DNA of 20,000 nucleotides, taken from NCBI GenBank assembly GCA_038087875.1, contig CM075997.1:9167849-9187848 (forward strand). The letters are read 5' to 3'. Below the pieces are notes generated by a model. The model saw nothing but the letters and a program-made list of their open reading frames with translations. It searched no databases and had not been told where the DNA came from. The translations under genes were made by a program, and so were the position numbers. Source of the stretch: Malacoraja senta. Lineage: Eukaryota. Of the stretch, positions 1 to 8,326 are shown in pieces; the stretch's first letter is position 1, and each line of letters opens with the position of its first letter.

Positions 1-141
1 CATGTGCCGTCACAAGACTATAGTAATCTGAAGGCATTGTGCTGGACATTACACAGGCATACATCTCTGTGTTGACATTCCTGTGTCCTTACAGTGGCAC
101 ACTCCATGTTGTAAAGGCCTGTTACATCACAGTACAATTCA

Positions 142-590
142 GGGGTTGTATTTTTGTTCCCTGTTAATTTAGTGAGGTGATTGGTTAGCTAACACAATTC
201 ATTGCCAGTTATGTGTCATTGTGTACAAAGCAACTGTGTAACAGTGGTTCTGCCCAGAACTCCAGTTTTCTGCACACTACCTACCATCTACTTCTTTTTC
301 CATGATCAAACCATCAATATCCTTTGACATGCACGTTTCCCTGAATTTGCAGTCTTTGTCCTTCATGCTTAACGGGGCACATTGACACTGAACTGCCACA
401 ATTAAACTAAGAGTCAAGAGTCATGCAGCGTGGAAAGAGGCCCATCAGCCCTACTCCTCAATGGTGACGAAAATCCCCTGAGTTAGCTAGTCCCATCCCC
501 TCCACGCTTTTGTCCCATATCCCTCTCAACCTTTCCTATCCAAGTACCTGTCCAAATGTCTTTGAAATGTTGTTACTGTACCAGCATAAA
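142..590. repeat. Diverged tandem duplication, unit 1 (includes an old minus-strand CR1 3' end at ~415-590)
   Basis: Collinear similarity to 760-960, 1096-1160 and 2120-2243, e.g. GGGTTGTAT..TTGTTCC, TGTGTAACAGTGGT, CCATGATCAAA, TGTTTCCCTGAA, CTGAACTG.CACAATTAAACT, CTAGTCCCAT. Confidence 0.85.
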
Positions 591-620
591 CTAGTAACCA
601 CACTAAACTGACAAAGAACT

Positions 621-757
621 GAGAAGGAATGGGTCACGTTTTAGGTCGAGACATCAAGTTAAGTCTGAAGAAGAGTCTCGACCCGAAATGTCACCCATTC
701 CTTCTCTCCAGAGATGCTGCCGGTCCCGCTGAGTTTCTCCAGCTTTAGCTGTCTCTC
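621..757. mobile_element. Head-to-head pair of Penelope terminal-repeat (pLTR-like) fragments forming a palindrome; the + copy carries a hammerhead core
   Basis: 621-652 is the reverse complement of 675-706 (4 mismatches in 32). CTGAAGA at 665-671 and GAAA at 685-688. The same repeat lies directly downstream of the GIY-YIG region at 2245-2375. Confidence 0.7.
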
Positions 758-962
758 TAGGGTTGTATTATTGTTCCTTTTCATTTTAGTGTGGTTATTG
801 ATTAGTTAATACAATTTAGTACCAATTATGTGTCATTATGTATAAAGCAAGTGTGTAACAGTGGTCCCGTTCTGTATCTCTGCATGGATTTGTACTCGAA
901 TAGTCTCTCCAGTTCTCAGTGCTCTTTGTCTACAAGCTACTTCCATTTTCCCCATGATCAAA

Positions 963-1095
963 CTCTGAAGAAGGGTATCGACCCGAATTGTTACCCATTC
1001 CTTCTCCAGAGATGATGCCTGTCCCACTGAGTAACTCCAGTATTTTGTGTCTATCTTCAGTTTAAAACAGCATCTGCAGGTCCTTAATACACATT
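963..1095 (+). mobile_element. Short non-autonomous Penelope terminal-repeat copy with a degenerate hammerhead core
   Basis: CTGAAGAAGGGTATCGACCCGAAT...GAGATGATGCCTGTCCCACTGAGTAACTCCAG. Absent from duplication unit 1. Confidence 0.7.
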
Positions 1096-1159
1096 TAGTT
1101 TGACATACATGTTTCCCTGAACTTGCAATCCTTGTCCTTAATGCTTATGGGGCACATAG

Positions 1160-2119
1160 ACCATATAACCATATAACCATATAACCATAACAGCACGGAA
1201 ACAGGCCATCACGGCCCTTCAAGTCCGTGCCGAACATTAAAAAAAAAAAAAAAAAAAATTTTAATTAAAAATAAATACTTCCCCCTAGTCCCATCTACCT
1301 GCACTCAGACCATAACCCTCCATTCCTTTCCCGTCCATATCCCATCCAATCTATTTTTAAAGGATAACATCGAACCTGCCTCCACCACTTCCACTAGAAG
1401 CTCATTCCACACAGCTACCACTCTCTGAGTAAAGAAGTTCCCCCTAATGTTCCCCCTAAACTTCTGTCCCTTAATTCTCAAGTCATGTCCCCTTGTTTGA
1501 ATCTTCCCTACTCTCAATGGGAAAAGCTTATCCACGTCCACTCTGTCTAACCCGCTCATAATTTTAAAGACCTCTATCAAGTCCCCTCTTAACCTTCTGC
1601 GCTCCAAAGAATAAAGACCTAATTTGTTCAACCTTTCTCTGTAACTTAGTTGCTGAAACCCAGGCAACATTCTAGTAAATCTCCTCTGTACTCTCTCTAT
1701 TTTGTTGACATCCTTCCTATAATTAGGCGACCAAAATTGTACTCCATACTCCAGAATTGGCCTCACCAATGCCTTGTACAATTTTAACATTACATCCCAA
1801 CTTCTATATTCAATGCTCTGATTTATAAAGGCCAGCACACCAAAAGCTTTCTTTACCACCCTATCTACATGAGATTCCACCTTCAGGGAACTATGCACAG
1901 TTATTCCTAGATCCCTCTGTTCAACTGCATTCGCTACCATTTACCGTGTACGTCCTATTTTGATTTGTCCTGCCGAGATGTAGCACCTCACATTTGTCAG
2001 CATTAAACTCCATCTGCCATCTTTCAGCCCACTCTTCCAAATGGCCTAAATCTCTCTGTAGACTTTGAAAATCTACTTCATTATCCACAACACCACCTAT
2101 CTTAGTATCATCTGCATAC
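1160..2119 (-). mobile_element. 5'-truncated CR1-A LINE copy (RT C-terminus, 3'UTR, TATATGGT tail)
   Basis: Nearly identical to 10434-11290. Begins at the YADD codons; has an 8-bp deletion near 1930 and a 1-bp deletion near 1340; tail repeats at 1160-1190. Confidence 0.97.
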
Positions 2120-2244
2120 CCTGAACTGTCACAATTAAACTGAGAGTCATAGAATCATGCAGCATGGAAGACAGGCCCTTCATCCTGACTCAGCAATGGT
2201 GAGCAAAATCATATGAGTACACTAGTCCCATTTCCCCATGTTTA

Positions 2245-3017
2245 GGAGAGAACTACAGATGCTGGTTATATCAAAGGTAGACACAAAATGCAGGAGTAAA
2301 TCAACGGGTGTGGCAGCATCTATGGAGAGAAGGAATTGGCAACATTTCGGGTCGAGACCCTTCCTCAGACTGATGTGAGGGGAGGGGGCAGGACAAAGAA
2401 AGAATGTGGGCGGAAACAGTAGGACCAGTGGGATAACTGGGAAAGGGGCGGAGATAGAAAGAGAAAGCAGGGGCTACCTGAACCTAGAGAGGTCAATGTT
2501 CATACCGCGGGGGTGTAAACTACCCAAGCCAAATACGAGGTGCTGTTCCTCCAATTTGTGCTGGGCCTCACTCTGATAAGGAGGATACCCAGGACAGAAA
2601 GGTCAGATTGGGAATAGGAGGGGGAGTTGAAGTGCTGAGCCACCGGGAGATCAGCTTGGTTAATGCGGACTGAGCGGATTGAAACGATCGCCGAGCCTGC
2701 ACTTGGTCTCGCCGATGTAGAGAAGTTGACACCTGGAAAAGCGGATGCAGCAGATGAGGTTGGAGGAGGTGCAAGTGAACTTCTGCCTCACCTGAAGAGA
2801 CTATTTAAGTCCTTGGATGGAGTCCAGTGGGGAGGTAAAGGGACAGGTGTTGCATCTCCTGTGGTTGCAGGGGAAAGTACCTGGGGAGGGGGTGATTTGG
2901 GTGGGAAGGGACAAGTTGACCAGGGAGTTACGGAGGGAACGGTCTCTGCAGAAAGCAGAAAGGGGTGGAGATGGGAAGATGTAGTCAGTAGTGGGATCAC
3001 TTTGGAGGTGGCGAAAT
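2245..3017 (-). mobile_element. Penelope-like element 3' part: Cys-rich linker, GIY-YIG endonuclease and terminal repeat (frameshifted)
   Basis: Minus strand reads PGTFPCNHRRCNTCPFTS...FTCTSSNLICCIR..RCQLLYIGETK.RLGDRF...DLPVAQHFNSP...KLEEQHLVFWLGSLHPRGMNID. Hammerhead-like core at 2368-2345. Confidence 0.9.
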
Positions 3018-4449
3018 TAGACAATAGGAGACAAGGGACATTTATTATCACATTTATTATCACATACACCAATTGGTGTAGTTAAATTTGACTTGCCATT
3101 GCAGCACACGAATAACAATAGACAATAGACAATAGGTGCAGGAGTAGGCCATTCGGCCCTTCGAGGTAAATAAAATGTGAATTAGGGTTAGGGTTAGGGT
3201 TCAATGTGATCATGGCTGATCATTCCCAATAAGTACCCCATTCCTGCCTTCGCTATTTTTAAGAGCCCTATCTAGCTCTCTCTTGAAAGCATCCCTCTGC
3301 TCTCTGAGGCAGAGAATTCCACAGACTCACCAATCTCTGTGAGAAAAAGTGTTTCCTCGTCTCCGTTCTAAATGGCTTACTCCTTATTCTTAAACTGTGG
3401 CCCCTGGTTCTGGACGCCCCCAACATCGGGAACATGTTTCCTGCCTCTAGCGTGTCCAAGCCCTTAACAATCTTATATGTTTCAATGAGATTCCCTCTCA
3501 TCCTTCTAAACTCCAGAGTGTACAAGCCCAGCTGCTCCATTCTCTCAGCATATGACAGTCCTGCCATCCCGTGAATTAACCTTGTAAAGCTACGCTGCAC
3601 TCCCTCAATAGCAAGAATGTCCTTCCTCAAATTAGGGGACCAAAACTGCACACAATACTCCAGGTGTGATCTCACTAGGGCTCTGTACAACTGCAGAAGG
3701 ACCTCTTTGCTCCTATGTGCCCTAATTTTGCCCACTAATCCCCTATGTGGACCTTACCAAATGCTTTCTGAAAGTCCAGGTACACTACGTCCACTGGCTC
3801 TCCCAAGTCCATTTTCTTTGTTACATCTTCAAAAAATTCCAGAAGATTAGTCAAGCATGATTTCCCCTTCGTAAATCCATGCTGACTCGGACCGATCCTA
3901 TTACTGCTATCCAAATGTGCGGCTATCTCATCTTTTATAATTGACTCCAGCATCTTCCCCACCACCGATGTCAGGCTAACTGGTCCATAAGTCTCTGTTT
4001 TCTCTCTCCCGCCTTTCTTAAAAAGTGGGATAACATTAGTTACCCTCCAATCCACAGGAATGGATCCTGAGTCTAAAGAACATTGGTAAATTATCACCAA
4101 TGCATCCACGATATCTGGAGCCACTTCCTTAAGTACCCTGGGTTGCAGACCATCAGGCCCTGGGGATTACCCAACACCATTTCCTGCCTAATGTGGATTC
4201 ATTACTAACCTACTACCTAATGTGGTTCCTCTGTCACCCAGATCCTCTGGCCACTAGTATATCAGGAAGATTGTTTGTGTCCTCCTTAGTGAAGACAGAT
4301 CCAAAGTACCTGTTGAACTCATCTGCCATTTCCTTGTTCCCATAATAAATTCACCTTTTTCGGTCTTCAAGGGTCCAACTTTGGTCTTAACTAATTTTTT
4401 CCTCTTCACATACCTAAAGAAGCTTTTACTATCCTGCTTTATATTCTTG
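3018..4449 (-). mobile_element. Decayed, 5'-truncated, internally deleted CR1-B LINE copy nested in the Penelope element
   Basis: ORFs 3735-4124 and 3268-3735 encode CR1 RT motifs (PVSLTSVVGK, QHGF.KGKSCLTNL, YLDFQKAF, LVRSHLEYC). The RT core including Y/FADD is deleted at ~3717. (TATTGTC)n tail. Confidence 0.93.
3182..3201 (+). repeat. Short interstitial telomeric repeat (TTAGGG)3TT
   Basis: Read directly: TTAGGGTTAGGGTTAGGGTT. Confidence 0.9.
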
Positions 4450-4792
4450 TTGGAGGATTATATGCTGTATGCGACTGCTGATGGGGTGGATGGTGAGGTC
4501 AAGGTGGACTCTGTCCTTGTTACGAGTGGGGGTTGGGGGAGTAAGTGCTGAGCTAGGGGATATCGAGGAGACCCTAGTGGGAGCCTCATCTTTAATGGAA
4601 GAGGGGAACCCCCGTTCCCTAAAGAATTACGACATCTCCAATGCCCTGGTATGGAAAACCTCATCCTGGGCGCAGATGCGGCGTAGACGGAGGAATTGTG
4701 GCTAGGGAATAGAGTCTTACAAGAAGCAGGGTGAGAAGAAGTGTAGTCAAGATAGTTATGGAGTCAGTAGATTTGTAATAGATGTCAGTCAA
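4448..4792 (-). mobile_element. Penelope-like element 5' remnant: RT thumb region
   Basis: Minus strand reads TDIYYKSTDS..YLDYTSSHPASCK.SIP..QFLRLRRICAQDEVFHTRALEMS.FFRERGFPSS...NKDRVHLDL...QHIILQ, continuing in register with FRHLQSDPTT at 3016. Confidence 0.9.
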
Positions 4793-4794
4793 GA

Positions 4795-5620
4795 TATTTA
4801 TGGAAGTTTCCCTATTTCTCCATGTTTTCCCCACATCTCTATCAACCTCCAAATCTGAAAATGTCTTTTAAATGTTGTTACTACTTCCTCTGGCAGCTAG
4901 TCCATACACCCACAAACCAATGTGTGGAAAAGCCACCGCTTAGGTTCCGATGAAACCTTTCCTTTCTTGTCTTAAACCTATGTCATTTGGCTCTTTCCTC
5001 CACTTTCATACATTTATATAATAATTCCACGGCCTCCTCCAATCCAAGGAATAAAGTTGCAGACTGTTCAACTCTCCTTTGAGCCCAGTGCCTCAAGTCC
5101 TGGCAACACTCTCATAAATCTTCTCTGCCTTCCTTGCTGCTTAATGGCTCTTTTCCGATAGCAAGGTGACCAAAACTGAACACGATATTTCAAGTGTTGC
5201 CTCAACAATGTCTCGTGCAAGTGTAACATAATGGCCCAGCTTCTTTACACGATTCACAGTCTGATGAAGGCCAGTATATCAAAAGCCTTCACCATTCGCT
5301 GGTTTTTTGCTCCCATGTTTTTCATTCAGCCCTTTTTAAATGGAGGCATGACATTACCAACCCTTCTGACATCTTAAATGGGTCTAATGGTGATTCATAT
5401 ATCTGAGCCAGGAGTCCTGCAATTCCTTCTCTGGCTTCCCAAATTGTTATTAGACAAACTTGATCAGATTGGGAATTTATCTACCTTCATAAGGAATAGG
5501 AAATTCAGCACTATCTCAACAGTTAGATAGACTATCCTATAGACATCACCATTAACTTTTCCAGGTTTCCCAGTATTGTTTTGTAAAGACAGAGGAAATA
5601 TTAATCAAGAACTTTGCACA
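4795..5620 (-). mobile_element. Old, heavily diverged CR1 fragments
   Basis: Residual CR1 ORF2 motifs in antisense, e.g. GGTGACCAAAACTGAACAC, CTTCCTCTGGCAGCT, CCTTTTTAAA, TTTGTAAAGACAGA. No intact ORF; boundaries approximate. Confidence 0.7.
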
Positions 5621-5902
5621 ACTACTGTGATATTGATGGCTGCTGTGATACTGACACCACACCCCTGTGATTGTAGGGGTCTTCTCCCCCTGCTTACTGG
5701 AGAGTGATAAGTGAGTGTGCTTGCTTTCCGGACCCACTGTCCGCTCCCTCTTCAGGTTTAACATTTTCACCCTTATTGACACTCGTGAGACCAGTGCACA
5801 GACAGAAAAGGCAGAATGTCTCTTTATTGGATGCAGATTGAGAAGTATTGACATTCTGAGTGACCTGGGGTCCTCGTAAACAAGTGACTGAAAACTGAGA
5901 TA

Positions 5903-5995
5903 GACACACGGGGCTGGACTAACTCAACAGGTCAGGCAGCATCTCTGGTGAAAAAGGATGGGTGAAGTTTCGGGTTGGGACACTTCTTCACACTA
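5903..5995 (-). mobile_element. Diverged Penelope terminal-repeat-derived short element
   Basis: AACTCAACAGGTCAGGCAGCATCTCTGG...TTTCGGGTTGGGACACTTCTTCA matches the repeat at 2285-2370. Confidence 0.7.
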
Positions 5996-6159
5996 ATGTG
6001 CAAGTACGGGCAGTAATCTGGATGATAAAAATTGCCATAGTTGCAGGGTGCTCTGAGTCCAGGATTCAGATGTCTGACTGCAGTTGTGTGGGCCTAGTGA
6101 AAAGTACTCCTGGAGGATCATTCACACTTTCAGCCTCCTCATCTATACATGGGAATACT

Positions 6160-6420
6160 TTCTGTAGAGGAGTGCAAACAGGATTCACCAGACTGGTCCC
6201 TGGATAGTAAGTTGGCCCCATGGGGAGAGATTGAGTAGACTGAGCCTGTTTTCATAGACTTTAGAAGAAGAAACATATCAATCGCTTCCAAGAATCGGTG
6301 TTGATGGAGGATGTTTGCCTGGGTGAAGTGTCTGGATCTAGTGGTCAGAGTAACAGGCAGGTAGTTTGACCTGAGGGAAGGAATCTTCTCACCAAGAGTG
6401 TACTGAATCTGCACCCGTCC
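6160..6420 (+). mobile_element. Old CR1 3' ORF2 relic
   Basis: GAGGAGTGCAAACAGGATTCACCAGACTGGTCCCTGG corresponds to the CR1 EGVQRRFTRLIPG block. Confidence 0.6.
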
Positions 6421-6589
6421 GCTGTGAGAAGGCTACGTCACTGAGTTCACTGAAAACCCAGCTCAACGCGAGGGTGGATGGGATTGTGAGGACAGAGGAG
6501 GTCGTGAAGATGATTTCTGGGGAATAAAGGGGCTAAAATGCAATACTCAGCTTCATCGTCTGATGCACTGTGCAAGAGTTAGAGTTGTT

Positions 6590-7118
6590 CTGAACTTTGG
6601 TTAGGCTGCTCTTCGACTATTGTAGGCAATAATGCTCAACACAGCATGGGTAGAATGTGAGTAAGTTAGAGAGGGTGCAGAAATGATTCATCAGGATATT
6701 ACTTGGATTGGAGGGCTTGATTTTTCTGGAGAGTTTGGAGGGCTGTTTTCTGTTTCTGAACAAAAGGGGCCGAGAGGTGACATGATAGAGGTATGCACAA
6801 TTATAAAGCACAGATATGGTAGCTAACTGGGGTCTGTTTCCCCTTAGTCGGTGATTGAAAAGGAATAGGTTGACGGTGAAAGAGGAAGTTTAAAAGGGAT
6901 CCAAGGTAAATGTTTCACACACAGTAGTTGGTATCTGGAATGAGCTGCCAGAGGTGGTGGAGGAAGGAACAAAAACCATGTTTAAGAGGCATCTGAACAG
7001 GTACTTGAGCAGGGCACAATGAAATATAGCAATAACGCAAGCGTGGGATTTGTATAGACAGGCATGATGATGGCATAGATATATTGGGACAAGGAGCCTG
7101 TCTCAGTTCTCTGTAACC
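6590..7118 (+). mobile_element. Old CR1 3' fragment including the 3'UTR
   Basis: GAGAGGGTGCAGAAATGATTCATCAGGAT, GAGAGGTGACATGATAGAGGTAT and TGGAATGAGCTGCCAGAGG align to the CR1 C-terminal region; multiple stops. Confidence 0.8.
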
Positions 7119-7171
7119 TATTGGGAGAATCGAGGGAGACGGGGACAAAGCAGGGATATGGTGTTGAGGTA

Positions 7172-7292
7172 GAATGTGGACACAAGGAACTGCAGATATG
7201 CTTTACCAAAAAAGACACAAAGTGCTCGAGTAACTCAGTGGTTCAGGCAACATCGCTGGAGAACATGAATAGGCAACATTTCAGGTGGGGAG
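7172..7292 (-). mobile_element. Diverged Penelope terminal-repeat-derived short element
   Basis: GACACAAAGTGCTCGAGTAACTCAG...GGCAACATTTCAGGT resembles 2250-2352. Confidence 0.65.
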
Positions 7293-7426
7293 CTTTCTAT
7301 AGAAGTATTTTTTTTGTGCAGAGTTAGAAGAGTAGTCATGGTATTCGTGAACGGTGGGTTAGGCGTGAGAAGCAGAATGGCCTCCTCTTGTTCCTGATGT
7401 GATGATTAAACTGTTCTGGATGTCAG

Positions 7427-8326
7427 ATGTGGGAGGTCATGGAGTCTGATACCCCTACAGACGTTCACATCTGTGTCAGGTGCACAGAGATGGGGTTCCT
7501 AAGGGACCGTGTTAGGAACCTGGAGCAGCAGCTCGATGACCTCTGTCTGATCAGGGAGAGTGAAGAGGTCATAGAAAAGAGTTATAGGGAGGTGGCCACG
7601 CCAAGACCACGGGAGGCAGACAAGTGGGTCACGGTTAGGAAGGTCAAGGGGCAGAGGCAGGGACTAGTGAGTACCCCGGTGGCTGTACACCTTGAAAATA
7701 AGTACTCCTGTTTGAGTACTGTTGGGGGGGACAGCCTTCCTGCGGGTAGCAACAGCGGCCGGGCCTCCGGCACAGAGACCAGCCCTATTGCTCAGAAGGG
7801 TAGGGAAAAGAAGAGGAGGGCAATAGTAATAGGGGACTCTATGGTTAGGGGGTCGGATAGGCGATTCTGTGGACGCAGTCAGGAGACCCGGATGGTAGTT
7901 TGCCTCCCAGGTGCCAGGGTCAGGGATGTGTCTGAACGCATCCAAGATATCCTGAAATCGGTGGGAGAGGATCCTGAGGTTGTGGTACATATAGGTACCA
8001 ATGACATAGGTAGAAAAAGAGAAGAGGTCTTGAAAGGAGAATTTAAGGAGTTGGGAGGAGAGTTAAGGAGAAGGTCTGCAAAGGTAACAATCTCAGGATT
8101 ACTACCTGTGCCACATGACGGTGAGAGTAGGAATGGAGTGAGGTGGAGGATAAATGCGTGGCTGAGGAACTGGTGCAGCGGGCAGGGATTCAAATTTCTG
8201 GATCATTGGGACTTCTTTTGGGGAAGGAGTGACCTGTACAGAAAGGACGGGTTGCACTTGAACCCGAGGGGGACCAATATCCTGGCGGGGAGATTTGCAA
8301 AGGCTACTGGGGAGACTTTAAACTAG
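7427..8326 (+). CDS. CR1 ORF1 protein: zinc finger/coiled coil + SGNH (GDSL-like) esterase; N-terminus clipped
   Basis: In-frame CSGC (7412-7423) and CVRC, heptad LRDRVRNLEQQLDDL, and SGNH blocks IGDSMVRG, PGA, HIGTND, DGLH. Confidence 0.93.
   Translation: MWEVMESDTPTDVHICVRCTEMGFLRDRVRNLEQQLDDLCLIRESEEVIEKSYREVATPRPREADKWVTVRKVKGQRQGLVSTPVAVHLENKYSCLSTVGGDSLPAGSNSGRASGTETSPIAQKGREKKRRAIVIGDSMVRGSDRRFCGRSQETRMVVCLPGARVRDVSERIQDILKSVGEDPEVVVHIGTNDIGRKREEVLKGEFKELGGELRRRSAKVTISGLLPVPHDGESRNGVRWRINAWLRNWCSGQGFKFLDHWDFFWGRSDLYRKDGLHLNPRGTNILAGRFAKATGETLN
8317..8326 (+). promoter_or_regulatory. Putative -1 programmed ribosomal frameshift site (T TTA AAC) directly before the ORF1 stop
   Basis: ORF1 codons ACT TTA AAC TAG give X XXY YYZ in the correct phase; the -1 frame (TTT AAA CTA GAA CGG TTG...) is ORF2. 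Confidence 0.7.

Larger units (their letters stand above)
760..2243. repeat. Diverged tandem duplication, unit 2, interrupted by a pLTR-like repeat and a CR1-A insertion
   Basis: Homology to unit 1 resumes after each insertion: GGGGCACATAGAC|CCTGAACTG here versus GGGGCACATTGACACTGAACTG in unit 1. Confidence 0.85.

Noticed and set aside
1160..1190. CRISPR-like or satellite array from the short repeats (also 11293-11316, 11443-11477, 15345-15368, 18640-18666)
   Set aside because: These are 7-8 bp LINE tail microsatellites without spacers, in a eukaryotic context.
2663..3085. 140-aa plus-strand ORF
   Set aside because: Antisense to the Penelope GIY-YIG coding region.
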